Translations under genes and position numbers: made by a program
In this document: positions 24,601-37,726 of the stretch, piece after piece
Numbering within the stretch: position 1 is the first letter of the stretch
Layout of the letters: each line of letters starts with the position of its first letter
The notes under the pieces: generated by a model
What the model was told of the DNA's origin: nothing
The model's database searches: none
What the model saw: the letters and a program-made list of their open reading frames with translations, nothing else
DNA from: Felis catus
Taxonomy: Eukaryota
NCBI RefSeq assembly: GCF_018350175.1
Contig: NC_058368.1
Coordinates: 181,538,001-181,602,000 of the forward strand
Length of the DNA stretch: 64,000 nt
Reading direction: 5' to 3'

Positions 24601-24875
24601 AACAACCAAAAATGGGCCTCATTTATGCCAATGGATTTCTGTGTCTTGGCTTAACATTCCCAGTTAGAGTATCCTATAAAAGCTTAAACACCCTGTGTCT
24701 CAACAACTAAGATAGCAAGTAACTTGCCATGCAAAACTGTTAGACAGATACTGAATTTAGTCAATATATTAAATATTATAAGGTATATCATTATTCTATA
24801 AAGTTTATACACTCAATTTGGCCAAAATAACTGGTTTTCTTGTAAGAAATTTCTCATACACACACTAACACAGAA

Positions 24876-24878
24876 GTG

Positions 24879-24916
<38 letters not shown>
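24876..24916. repeat. (CG)n(CA)n alternating purine-pyrimidine microsatellite
   Basis: Seen directly. Confidence 0.95.
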
Positions 24917-24920
<4 letters not shown>

Positions 24921-25689
24921 TATACCTGGGTAGCATTTATGTAGTAGGGTGCCATGTTGCATCTGAGATTCCAACCAAATTCTATTTTGCAACTGACCTG
25001 CAAACCAATGAAACTTTACTAGGTTAAAAGAGTACTAACAACTAGATTGTACATCTTTCCCCTGAGAAGGAATTGAAAAGAATCATATTTGTTAATCCTC
25101 CTACAAGGACTTCTATCCTATGTCTTTATCCCTCCTTAAAAACAATACAGGCTATTCTCTAGGAAGGGAAAATCAGATTCTATATAAATATTTTAGTCAA
25201 TATGCACACTCTTTGGATGTGAGCCTCAAGCAAAAGTGCGTGTGAGCCCTGTCATAGGTAGATGGCATGCACACTGGAGGAGGCATCAAGACCAAGCACA
25301 CGTAGTGTGGGTCAGCAGTGTCCTGCTGCATTTCCACATACTTTCCATGGTGACAGATGTCCAAATCTACCAAGAACTGTGCCACGCATCAGATACATAT
25401 AAGTCACTTAGGCAAGGCTACTCCTTTACAGGGAGTTCATTCCTACAAGTACACAACAGCACAAAACAAACACATGAAGCAACAAATACTTTTCATATTA
25501 AGTCTAACACCAGCCCATGTTCCTTTTACTCCGTGGCACCAATGGACAGGAATATGAATCATAATAGGATTTTCTTTTTGGAAAAATGTTTTATTGTATA
25601 GAGAATAACATTTCCTCCATAAAAGTGTCTGTATGGGCAAGTGAAATTTTTAATTAGCATAGCTGTTACTGTGAACAACAGCAGCTAAT

Positions 25690-26120
25690 ATTTATTGACT
25701 ATTTAGTATGGTCTACGCACTGAGTATACAAGTGTAATCTGATTTATTACATAGGAGAGTACTTCCTACCCTTTTGTATTTTACAGAGAGAGAAACAGAG
25801 GCTCACAGGTTAATATTCGTAAGTGGCAGAGTAGGGATGTGAGCACTGGCAGACTGACCTTAGTGTCTACAAGATATAATATCACTAAAACACTGGCTCG
25901 TATTTAATGGATACTTACTATGAAGGATAACCTTGACATGGGTTTTATTTCCATATTTTCCTTTCTACAACTACTATCATCCCATTTTACAGATGAGAAA
26001 CTTAAGCCATAAAGAGTCAAAGTAGATTTCCCTGGCTTACAGTGCCAACAAGGGAACAGAACTGCAGTTTAAACCCAATTCTTCTGGCTCCAAAGAAAGC
26101 ACCATATCCCACTGCACAGA
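25690..26120 (-). mobile_element. Two adjacent MIR relics
   Basis: attttacagagagagaaacagaggctca and catcccattttacagatgagaaactt, both reverse MIR cores. Confidence 0.7.
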
Positions 26121-26269
26121 CACTTCCACTCCAAAGTTTAATTTAATATTATTATGAAACACAAGCATCAGGTTCAATATCAGGAAACATTTACAGCACA
26201 CTTATTGTCAAGGCCTGTGCAAGCTACTACAATTGAATGCAAAGAATTTTGGTTCCATCTATCATTAAT

Positions 26270-26483
26270 TTTTTTTAATGTTTATTATTTTTGAAAGAGA
26301 AAGAGAGTGTGAACTGGGGCGGGGGTGGGGGAGACACAGAGAGAGGGAGACACAGAATCTGAAGCAGATTCCAGGCTGTCAGCATAGGGCCTGACACAGG
26401 GCTCAAACCCACGAACCGCAAGATCATGACCTGAGCTGAGATCAGATGTTCAACTAACTGAGCCACCGAGGGGCCCTCCCACC
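26270..26483 (-). mobile_element. Can-SINE
   Basis: Reverse SINE; 15-bp TSD ccatct(a/g)tcattaat (26255-26269, 26484-26498). Confidence 0.94.
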
Positions 26484-27289
26484 CCATCTGTCATTAATCA
26501 TAAAATAAAGATAAGAAAACAAAGCACAAAAGCTCATGAAAATATAAGGTTTGATGCATTAAACATGATTCAAAATATATTCAAAACATATCAGAAGTAA
26601 GCATGTTATTATTTGAATGGAGAAGAAAATTCAGAGGATGAAGCTATCACTGGGGACTTGTACTGCAATTTTCCAAAATGAAGCTTTAATCAATCTTGAA
26701 GAAGAGAGATGCACTTTCAAAAATGGACAGGAACAGAATATGGAGAAAGACATGTGGACAGTTTTAGCAAAGACAGCTGGCAAATACGGAGGTAGTCAGT
26801 GCAAACTCAAGAAGAGTTCAAATGTCAGTGGAGTATGGACCGTATCCCGTAAATGAAGAGATGTCTAACCTCAGGCATGAAATGATATGAAACACCACTT
26901 GGAGAAAATAAATTTTCTGTTCTAGGTAAGTACAAACAATTCAAACATATACATAAAAAGTAAAAGAAACTACAACTAACTTGAGGGTTGATGTAAGATT
27001 TTTCAGAACACCTAGATGGCATCCCCTGTCAGCATGTTTATGCTTACACTGAAAAACAGGCAGATTGATTTTCCCTGATTAAGGCTGCTTCAGTCTGGTC
27101 TGATGAGTAAATACCCAAAGCAGCCACATGCTTAGCTGCCCTCCCTCTGCAATTACCACAAATTTCCTTCCCTCCACCCCATCCGTACTCAAGGTGTGGA
27201 TCTAAATTTATAATTCTTAATTTTTTCAGAGTAGGCACACATATCTGTCACCTGATGTTGCAATTTCCCTGCTCCTAATAAGAGGGACA

Positions 27290-27720
27290 CTCATTCATTC
27301 GTTCATTGTTTACCAAATACCTACAAAGTACCAGGCCAGGTGGTAGGCTTTAAGAGATGCAAAAATAAAATATCATCTTGGTCTTTAAAGAGCTCACAAT
27401 CTGCTTGAGGGAAACAAAGAAGTGAGCAGTCACAATATGTTGGCTGAAGTGCTGTAACAGTCCTGCATACAGGGTGCTATGTGATCACACATAAGAAAGC
27501 CTTAACTCTGCTTCGTGTGTTCTGGCATGTCTTCCAGAGAAAGAAATTTTTAACTGAGGTGTGAAGAATAAGTAGCCATTCTCCAGGTGGCTTAGAAGGG
27601 AAAAGATATTTCTAACAGAAAGTGAAGACTATCCAAATGCCTAGGAATCTGGGTAACTATCAGAAAGAATGCTCCAGAGCTGAGTTTGAGGTAGGGGAGT
27701 GATCAAGAGGGACTTAGATA
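27290..27720 (-). mobile_element. L2 3' end relic
   Basis: cattcattc tail, then caaatacctac...ccaggc...aaagagctcacaatct. Confidence 0.7.
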
Positions 27721-27951
27721 GCACAGGGTGTTTGAATTTGACTTAGTGGTTACATTTGAGTTTACAAAAATACATGGAAGGAGACCTAAAGAGTGGAGGG
27801 AGAGGAAGTGACCAGAATAAAATTCATGTGCACCTTAAAGTTACGATTAAAAAGATAATCTAATTTTATCATGTGATGTTCTCCCTAGTCCTAGAAAATT
27901 GAAGATACCACACCTTGTCAGAATTTGGACATAAAACTTGCTGATTAAAAT

Positions 27952-27952
<1 letters not shown>

Positions 27953-28000
<48 letters not shown>
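27953..28000. repeat. (TAGA)12 tetranucleotide STR
   Basis: Seen directly. Confidence 0.98.
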
Positions 28001-28261
28001 GATAGATCTATCTCTTTGTATTTCCCAGCTCTAAGTCAATAATGTCAGCTAGAGAACTGCCATTACACCTCCCTAGGTGTTAACTCTGACAACTTGTCAG
28101 CAAAGAATGTTTCTTAAATAGTCATCCAGGTGGCCACAGGTGGAAAATGAAGAAATGATAAGAAAGGTTTGGTCTTGCCAATTTATTGGAATTTTAGGTC
28201 AGATTCATGACCTGGCTTTGTTTAATCTAGACCCTGGGACAGGCTTTTAAACACAAGTCTT

Positions 28262-28490
28262 GGAGTGCCAGGTGGCTCAGTTCAGTTAATGGTCTGACTC
28301 TTTATTTCAGATCATGTCATGATCTCACAGCTTCATGGGTTCAAGCCATGTATCGGACTCTGCACTGGCAGTGCAAAGCCTGCTTGGGATTCTCTCTCTC
28401 TCCCTGTCTTTCTGCCCTTCCCCACTTGCAGTGTCACTGTCTCTCTCAAAATAAATCAATAAACTTTAAAACAAGAACAACAACAAAATC
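28262..28490 (+). mobile_element. Old Can-SINE
   Basis: Diverged head, body and tail; TSD cacaagtctt (28252-28261, 28493-28502). Confidence 0.92.
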
Positions 28491-29163
28491 CCCACAAGTC
28501 TTTGCTGATCCTAGGCTCTGAGGACTGGCCAAACTAAATTTGACACTGTTGAGAAATGTGTACTCCTTGAGTCCGACTCTCTATGCTCTGCACCTCCAGA
28601 AAAATGTCAAATTATTAGAAAGGAACATTATAAGATCATTGAGAACAGGCAACTTGGGTATTTAATGACCAGAAATAAGAAGGTTAACAAAAATAATGTA
28701 TACTGGATACTGAATACCTTCTCTAGATTTGCTACTTTAATGTGTTATTTAAAGCAGACTCCATTTTGGCAAAAAATTTATATGGAGGTGTGATTTAAAT
28801 AACTTTTCATAGCGATGACCCAAATTAACTAGGAAAAGACTTGGAAACTAAAACGGTCAAAATAATAGCAAACCTCCCTTCCACATGTATATTTCTTTAC
28901 ATTTATAGGACATAATCACAGACTTAATTCTGCCTGAAGCTCTCAACAATGAGGCAGAAAGGACAGATTTTTCACATCCAGCCTACCTGAGCAGACACAG
29001 ATAATGGACGGTACTTTCCAAGGACAGGCTGTAACATTGGTACAGGTGCAAAAATTATCACTAATCAGGAAACCAAATATGTAGGCATCTAATGTCAGCT
29101 GCATTCTGAGGACCAAAAAAAAAAAAAAAAAAAAACATCTGATTCTTCCCCTTCCATCTGAAA

Positions 29164-29189
29164 GTGTGTGTGTGTGTGTGTGTGTGTGT
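29164..29189. repeat. (TG)n microsatellite
   Basis: Seen directly. Confidence 0.97.
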
Positions 29190-29771
29190 AACAAAGTTTT
29201 GTCAACATAATTGCTACCTATAACCATGAAATTAAAATAATAACGATAATAACAAGAAGAGCAACAAGTTTAATTTGATGTGTGAGTGACTATTTCTAAA
29301 ATATTTCTCTATTCACTACCTAATACAAACCTCATTTTCATAACATGAAACAGGTAGGCATCATGATGTTTACTTTACAGACCAAAAATGTGAGATTCAG
29401 AAATTTCATTCAGGATTTTGCAGCAAGCAAATGCAGAGGCAGCTGGAGTTGTGTAATTGAATCTGCAACCCAATGTCAGTAGTATTACAAGAAAATTTCC
29501 CAGTTCTCCTAAATTGTTGGAAGTGATCCCTTCCCTTATCTCCCTTAAACTGTATTCATACCCCTCCACAGGCAAAGCTATAGTCTACCTTTTATTAACA
29601 GTATGATTATTTCCACACCTTACTTTTCTTATTCTCTGCACTAATACCACAGGAAAAGAAAAGAAAGCAAAACAAAATAAAACAAAAAACTTCTGTTAGG
29701 CCCAGTGTAAGGCTTTCATGTATTGTGTTCACCAAACCCCTTTAATTGACTTCAATTTGGTGTCTAAGTCT

Positions 29772-30219
29772 TGTGGAAGGCACAGTTAATGATCATTAGT
29801 ATCTGTGTCCTGTCTTCTTGATGGTCACTCAGCCAGACCACCTACTCTTCCTCTCCTGAAGTTCATGTCAGAGATCTAGCCAATAGAAATTGAGTGGAAA
29901 GGAGGCCCACCATTTCCAGGCTGAGCCAATTAAGAAAACCCCCCATCTATAATCTTCAGTTCTTTTTCTCAGCCACTCATTAAATAAAGAAGACCCTCAA
30001 TACCTAGAAAGACTGAAACCACAATACAGAAAGAGCTTGGGTACCTGAATAACATGATGGACACAGTCCATTCCTCTGGCGTCCCCCACTCCATCCCCTG
30101 CTTCCACCAACCTGTAGTGGACTGTGTGATGTGAGCAATAAGTAAACTCTTATGATGTTAAGCCAATGAGTTCTGGAGGTTATTTATTATACAGCTGGTA
30201 GCCTACCCAGACTAATACA
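29772..30219 (+). mobile_element. MaLR solo LTR (MLT1J/I-like)
   Basis: tgtgg start; gttaagcc...gttat..acagc...gactaataca end; near-match 5-bp TSD agtct/actct. Confidence 0.78.
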
Positions 30220-31525
30220 ACTCTCCATTATAAAAAGCTAATATCTACAAAGAACTAATATTCAACAGATCCAAAAGAGCATACATTGTGAAGAGATTTT
30301 AATAAGCTATTTCATATTGCTGACTGTGAGAATACATTTTTTGGGGGAAGAGGAAGCCCCACAATGCTACCCTTTCAAATAAAAACCTTCCAAATAATCA
30401 TGACTTTTATGATCACATTTTCTTATCATAATAATCTTTAGGTCATGTTACATAAATGCTATGAAGCACACATTGTATTATAAGACTAGTATCAAGATAT
30501 TCAAGACATACTAATAAGCAAAGCATGGATGGACAAATCTAATTTAAGGCAGTCCTGCTGAGTCATTTGAGATATCTATCTACCCAAAATGAACATAATC
30601 CATTAGCATCAAAATAACAAATTCCCCCAAATGCAAAGGGGTCTAGTTCTGTTCATGACTTTTATCAGCACAACATGTGGCTAATATTCATTTATCAAAC
30701 AGTAAGGGCAGTGTTTTGCACTCAAATAATTATCAGTTAATGAAGCTTAAAAAAAAGAGTCCCTTACATCTAGATTGAATTATTCTTTCTATGATGCTTA
30801 CCCTCATATTCCTAAATACTTAAAATGTTCCCATAGCAAACGAGGACAGCTTATGTAAGCTAAAGAGCAATAGAATATTTTAGCCTCAGTGCATAATAGC
30901 AAGAATATGAGAACACATTCATTCAATTCCAAAATGGAGTCTATTATTCCATACTTGGGTATATGCCTTTTACAGTTACAAATATAGTGAAGGTACATCA
31001 TAAAAATACAATCTCTAATGTCCTCATAGAATAAAATTTGAAGGCCCAACAATGCTACTCGATAGAAAAGATAACAAAGAGATAATGTGGCTCACCCAAA
31101 GCCACACAAGAACCTCTTCCTGAACTAAGGAAGACATCTTCTGAATCCCATTGTGGTGTCTGTTTGTCCCTGTGCCTTTTTATTCCCACACTGTTCCAAT
31201 GACAATTGAGATGACAGTCCTTATTGTAAGCTACGATACTTGCCATATTAGGACACACAGTTTTCTGGTTTGGAAAAAGGGGGGTTACTGTTTCTAGCAC
31301 TCTTATTGTGACTGCACTTGCACACTAAGGCAAAGGGTGCTGGATGCATAATTGCAAGGAACCCCAAAAGTTGGCAATAGGTTGGAAGGCTCAAGGAGGA
31401 AGGCTATGATATGACCATCCTTTTCACAGAGGATTTGGAGTCATAGCTTCCTCTCATATTTCTTTACCTCCAGGTCTCCAGAGGACTTGGCTATGGAGGC
31501 TATGTCTACCGAAATCTTCAAAATA

Positions 31526-33145
31526 AAATCAATGTACAGAAATCAGTTGCATTCTTATACACTAACGATGAAGCAACATAAAGACAAATAAAGAAACTGA
31601 TCCCATTCACAATTCCACCAAGAAGCATTAAATACCTAGGAATAAATCTAACCAAAGATGTAAAAAGATCTGTATGCTGAAAACTATAGAAAGCTTATGA
31701 AGGAAATTGAAGAAGATATAAAGAAATGAAAAAACATTCCGTGCTCATGGATTGGAAGAATAAATATTGTCAAAATGTCAATACTACCCAAAGCTATCTA
31801 CACATTCAATGCAATCCCAATCAAAATTGCACCAGCATTCTTCTCGAAACTAGAACAATCCTAAAATTCATATGGAACCACAAAAGGCCCCGAATAGCCA
31901 ATGTTGAAGAAGACCAAAGCAGGAGGCATCACAATCCCAGACTTTAGCCTCTACTACAAAGCTGTCATCATCAAGACAGCATGGTATTGGCACAAAAACA
32001 GACACATAGACCAATGGAATAGAATAGAAACCCCAGAACTAGACCCACAAACATATGGTCAACTAATCTTTGACAAAGCAGGAAAGAACATCCAATGGAA
32101 AAAAGACAGTCTCTTTAACAAATGGTGCTGGGAGAACTGGACAGCAACATGCAGAAGATTGAAACTAGACCACTTTCTCACACCACTCACAAAAATAAAC
32201 TCAAAATGGATAAAGGACCTGTATGCGAGACAGGAAACCATCAAAACCCTAGAGGAGAAAGCAGGAAAAGACCTTTCCGACCTCAGCTGTATCAATCTCT
32301 TACTCGACACATCCCCGAAGGCAAGGGAATTAAAAGCAAAAATGAACTACTGGGACCTTATGAAGATGAAAAGCTTCTGCACAGCAAAGGAAACAACCAA
32401 CAAAACTAAAAGGCAACCAACGGAATGGGAAAAGATATTTGCAAATGACATATCGGACAAAGGGCTAGTATCCAATATCTATAAAGAGCTCACCAAACTC
32501 CACACCCGAAAAACAAATAACCCAGTGAAGAAATGGGCAGAAAACATGAATAGACACTTCTCTAAAGACATCTGGATGGCCAACAGGCACATGAAAAGAT
32601 GCTCAACGTCACTCCTCATCAGGGAAATACAAATCAAAACCACAGTCAGACATCACCTCACACCAGTCAGAGTGGCCAAAATGAACAAATCAGGAGACTA
32701 TAGATGCTGGAGAGGATGTAGAGAAACGGGAACCCTCTTGCACTGTTGATAGGAATGCAAATTGGTGCAGCCACTCTGGAAAACAGTGTGGAGGTTCCTC
32801 AAAAAATTAAAAATAGATCTACCCTATGACCCAGCAATAGCACTGCTAGGAATTTACCTAAGGGATACAGGAGTACTGATGCATAGGGGCACTTGTACCC
32901 CAATGTTTATAGCAGCACTGTCAGCAATAGCCAAATTATGGAAGGAGCCTAATTGTCCATCAACTGATGAATGGATAAAGAAATTGTGGTTTATATACAC
33001 AATGGAGTACTACAGGGCAATGAGAAAGAATGAAATATGGCCCTTTGTAGCAACGTGGATGGAATTGGAGAGTGTGATGCTCAGTGAAATAAGCCATACA
33101 GAGAAAGGCAGATACCATATGGTTTCACTCTTATGTGGATCCTGA
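31526..33145 (+). pseudogene. Disrupted L1 ORF2 (C-terminal region only)
   Basis: Split across ORFs 31726-31947, 31901-32749 and 32762-33145 by frameshifts and a stop; the endonuclease and most of the RT are absent. Confidence 0.93.
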
Positions 33146-33381
33146 GAAACTTAACAGAAACCCATGGGGAAGGGGAAGGAAAAAAGAAAAAGAGGTTAGA
33201 GTGGGAGAGAGCCAAAGCATAAGAGACTCTTAAAAACTGAGAACTGAGGGTTGATGGGGGGTGGGAGGGAGGGGAGGGTGGGTGATGGGTATTGAGGAGG
33301 GCACCTTTTGGGATGAGCACTGGGTGTTGTATGGAAACCAATTTGACAATAAATTTCATATATTGGGGAAAAACAATAAAA
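31526..33381 (+). mobile_element. 5'-truncated felid LINE-1 (L1_Fc-like): ORF2 C-terminal part, 3' UTR and A tail
   Basis: ORF track peptides [23 protein letters not shown] and WMELESVMLSEISH are L1 ORF2p; G-rich 3' UTR, AATAAA, A tail. Confidence 0.98.
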
Positions 33382-34010
33382 AAATAGCATTGTCTTATTA
33401 TAGACACATTAAAATATTCCAGAGACAAGGGACTTGCTGGGAAGCAACAACCAGCTGGAATGAATGAAATAGCCAAATTTTCCTGGTAATGTTGTAGTAG
33501 GGAGCATCAGTAGCATAGCCTGTGGTTACCATAATCAGAAATCCCCATGGAAGAGCTGATTTAAAGGAACTTTCCAAGTTACCAGTGAAACTGTTAAAAT
33601 CCAATACAGTGGCATGTAACAGGTATAATAGAAGAGTCCAGATAATTCACAAATAAATTATCTTTTATTTCTTCATCACTACAATTCTCAAATTTTCTTT
33701 TTCTGGAAGAACTTTTTTTAAGTCATGCACATTTCCAGCATGATTTCATTGCTAACAGAGGTGTGTGGATTCATATTAGAAGGGCTACCAAAAGTCAATT
33801 GTCTTTCATTTGGTGGTCCTGCCGAACAAGGGCTATCATTTTTCAAATCCATGTGGGCACCTCTACTCTCAAACTTCCCTTAAGTCTGTGCCCCATGACT
33901 AGAAAAGGCCTTTGTAGCATATCGTGCTCATTCAATTGGCAGGCAAGTTCAGCCAGCTTTAGATGAAAACACTTCACTGTAGCTATTATTTTTAAAAATC
34001 TTGCCTATCA

Positions 34011-34120
34011 CTCTATGCTGATAGTGTGACGCCTGGAGTCTGCTTCAGATTCTGTCTCCATCTCTTTGCCCCTCCCCTGCTCATGAGCTCTCTCTCTCTC
34101 AAATATAAAATAAAAAAATT
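34011..34120 (+). mobile_element. 5'-truncated Can-SINE
   Basis: SINE 3' half only; 17-bp TSD aaaaatc(t/a)tgcctatca (33994-34010, 34121-34137). Confidence 0.9.
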
Positions 34121-34890
34121 AAAAATCATGCCTATCAACAGATCGTACTATGGCACTGGCAAGATGTAGCTAAAAGCTCTTTTCTCCTCATATAGTTCCA
34201 CCTTTTTTTGAAAGGTGCTCTGCTTTCTTTATGTTGAAACTGGTCATGAGTGTCAGTTTCTGGAAATAAACTTTTTTTCCTTCAATTAAAAAAAATTACT
34301 TTCTTTGTTTTGGGCTTGGGGTCCCATCCCCCAGTCGCAGGGAAATATTTCTCATAAAGAAGTAAATGGACTTTGCAGACGTATGAAAGACTCTCTATTT
34401 AAAAATCCAAATAGTGCTATGACTCATCCACCTAGCTCTTGCAAGACTGACCATATGTGAAATTTGAACGTAGATTACAGTATTTAAATTTAACAAGATT
34501 AAGGTGTGATTACATTGGTTATTTTGTAATTTCATACTTTCTCCATTAAGGGAAGTCAGCATTTAAGTTCCTCTCAGTCATTTTTAATAGCACGCTGAAG
34601 TGAGGAAAAAATGCTTACCATTTTAAGTTACGAGCCACGTAGTTTTTATCTTTTAATCAGTTATTTCTTAAAATACATCTATTTCACATCTTCTTCGCAA
34701 ATTACAAGCCAGTCTACTTTCTTCAATTTCTAATTTCTAATCTTGTTTTCTTAAGATAAATCTCCCCAATATTCACAGTGGAAAAAAAGAGCTGGAAGCC
34801 AGAAAAAAAATTTAAAAATATATTGGAATATCTATATTCAATTGATGATAGAAATTTCTATTTAACCATTTCTTAGGAATAGTGTATAAT

Positions 34891-35200
34891 AGAGTGATTC
34901 CCATCCTGGCTTTTGCTGAATACGAGTATCCCACAAGATATTAGTTTAATTCAAGGAAGTAAATCATGGCCGAACCCTAGTGAGAAATGCTGAATACCTG
35001 ATCAGTTTCTTGGAGAGTCATGATGCACATTTGCATACTAAAGTCTCTTGGATGTCCTCCAGGAAAGAAATATATTGAATTTTCTTTAATTATATCATAT
35101 CCCAATATATTTGAACATATATCTTTTTTTTATTCTTGAAGCATCTATTAAGATTTATCAGAACACTAGTGTTAAAGGAACACAGTTTGAAAAACAAATT
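34891..35200 (+). mobile_element. MER103C-like hAT DNA transposon fossil
   Basis: ttggagagtcatgatgcacatttgcatactaaag and terminal agaacactagtgtt..ggaacacagtttg match the recalled MER103C. Confidence 0.6.
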
Positions 35201-35319
35201 ACAGCTGGAAAAACCATAGGTTTTTGCCTGTGTTTCAAATCTCTAGCCTTGATACATCCAAGCTGTGTGACTCTGGACTTGTTACTAACCTTAACACTCT
35301 TTTCAGTTTTACAGTATTT

Positions 35320-36000
35320 ACAGTATTTATTGAGAATCTATGGTGTTCGGGGGGCCTGAGCTTTCTGGGCACAGAGAACACCACAGTAAACAAAACAGAC
35401 ATACCCCACCCTCAAGGTAATTTGGGGTCACGTAGAAGAGATAGATGTTAAACAAATACATGTATAATTAAGAGTGTTGATAAGTGCCAGAAAGGAAAAA
35501 AAAGAAAAAAAAAAGAAAAAAAAAGTAACTGGAGGAAATAATTACAGGGAAAAGCTAATGTAGATTGAGTGGGCAGGGAAGTTCTGTGAGGAAGTGACAA
35601 TTAAGTTGAATCCTGAAAGAGATGTTAAGATCTGGCAGTAAAATGTTTCAGAGAGAGATAAAAGCAAATGTAAAGGCCTCGAGACTAGTGTCGAATGCTT
35701 GCATGCTGACTTTCCTTAAGAGAGAAAATAAACCTACCAAGCCAGAGCTTCCTTAATTTCATTAGGTGAGCTTGTTGTATGTGAGCAGTAGCAAGAAGGC
35801 TAGTATGGCTGGGGCCCAGTGCTGGGGGCAGTAGTAGGGGAGCAGTAGGGGCAGTTAGGTGCACTAAAATACACCAGGGTCCGACTTAGGTCCTGTTGAT
35901 CAGTACTCACATGAAAGAGTGTTAGTTTTACTCTAAGTGCAAAGGACACTGGAGTGGTTTCATCTGATCTAAGTTTTTTAAAAGGTTGTGCATGGAAATA
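35320..36000 (-). mobile_element. L2 relic
   Basis: tatttattgagaatctatggtg...cagtaaacaaaacagac...gaggaagtgaca..taagttga. Confidence 0.7.
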
Positions 36001-36569
36001 AGGATATCTGTTAGAAGATTGTTTCTTGAAAATAATTTCAGCTTCCTCAACAAAATGAGGGTATTAACTCCTAAGTCATATTGTTGTGGGAAAGAGTTAA
36101 AACCTATCCAAAAGCTTGGCATAGAAAAGGTGCCAAAATAGAGCTTCCGGCTCACATTTCTCTCCTGAGACATGGAGCCAAACCCATCTAGAGGCTTCGA
36201 TAGACTGCATTGACCTGCTCACTCCCAACCCTGTGCATTCCATCCAGCTTTCTGAATTAGAGCCTCCTGAGACTGTGTGCATTTCGAATGGGCCACAAAG
36301 AATGCCTTCTCTACTCTCCCACCTCTTCCCAGTGACAGGTGGGAGACAGCAGCATCGACTTTTCCTTATGAATTCAGAATCCCATCATTGGGGAGGGTGT
36401 CACCATGGCTATTTGGGGGTTCAAATGTGCTTTACTGTTGAAGCAGAACTAAAATGCAGGGTGTGAGGTAGAGAAAACACCAGAAACGAATCACAAAGCA
36501 CCTCCTAGAAAATCCCTACGCTGGCCATTTGGATGCTTTGCCTTTTTAAGGTCAAAACCACTGCTTTAA

Positions 36570-36960
36570 AAACAAATGACCCACTTTTTTTAACAAATAA
36601 ATTGCAAGGGCAATAAAGGGATTCAGGGAGAAAATGTGTATTTAAGAGACTTAAAAACAGTCCCCAGGCAGACAAATCTAAACCCTAGCATCTAGGAATA
36701 TATCTCTGTATGGTCATGAAAAGCAAGAAAGTGACAATATAAAGTCAGATTAGTGGTTACTTTCGAGGAATGCCAGGGATTTATGATGTGATGGTATGTC
36801 ATGTGTAAGACTCAGGTAGGAGTGGTGGGGTGCAGGCCAAATTCTATTTCTTGACCTGAATGGTGGTTACAAGGGTGCTGCCTCTTACTAACTTATTAAG
36901 TTATGTATTTGTTTTATTCATTTCTGTATCTGTGTTTTTACCTTAAATGATTAACAAGTG
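36570..36960 (+). mobile_element. Ancient L1M 3' end fragment
   Basis: aaagtcagattagtggttacttt...ttctatttcttgacctgaatggtggttacaagggtg. Confidence 0.7.
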
Positions 36961-37435
36961 AAGAAGAAATTAAGAGCAAACAAATAAATTTTACATGTCA
37001 CTTATTTCAGTCAAAGCCATGACACATATTTTCAAAGTCAAAAGGAAAACAGAGCCTGAGTTTCACAAAATGACTTGATTTTTCCTGCAATAGGGGGAAA
37101 AAATGAGAGTAATGATAGTGTCATATTTTCTGCGGAATTCTCTCTTTTCTGTACATCATAAATCACTAATTAAACTGTTATTTCATTACAAAGTTTAATT
37201 TATATGTCACTTAGCTGCCCCCATATCTTGATATTGTAAGACACAAGTAAATAATTAAATGAGCAACAGGAAAGCATTCCTGTTGATAAAACTTTTGAGA
37301 TAGATTGTAAAAAATCTTACCTTGCAAACTGGACAATTATTTTCATAATTCCTCATTTTAATTTCTAAATAGTAATTCTACATTAGAGTTGATAGGCTTT
37401 AATATGACAATAAGTAACAACTTTAGCCTTTCAAG

Positions 37436-37726
37436 TATATATATGACGTATCATATATATGTAAAAGATATGTACATATGTATGATATATATCATATATA
37501 GGATATATATGTAAATATATATGTATATATGTATATATATGTATATATGTATGTATATATGTATATATATGTATATATGTATGTATATATATACATATAT
37601 ATACATACATATATACATATATACATATATACATATATATGTATGTATATATGTATATATATGCATATATATGATATATATGTAAAAGATATGTACATAT
37701 ATATGATATATATATCATATATATGT
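37436..37726. repeat. Complex AT-rich (TA/TATG/TACA) simple repeat
   Basis: Seen directly. Confidence 0.97.

Noticed and set aside
32744..32756. Two adjacent apparent G-to-A changes creating the L1 ORF2 stop (possible APOBEC3 editing)
   Set aside because: Only two sites against a recalled consensus; no visible element-wide G-to-A excess
36085..36430. Possible LTR remnant starting tgtgggaaagagttaa
   Set aside because: Only the first few bases resemble an ERVL LTR start; I could not support a family or a 3' end
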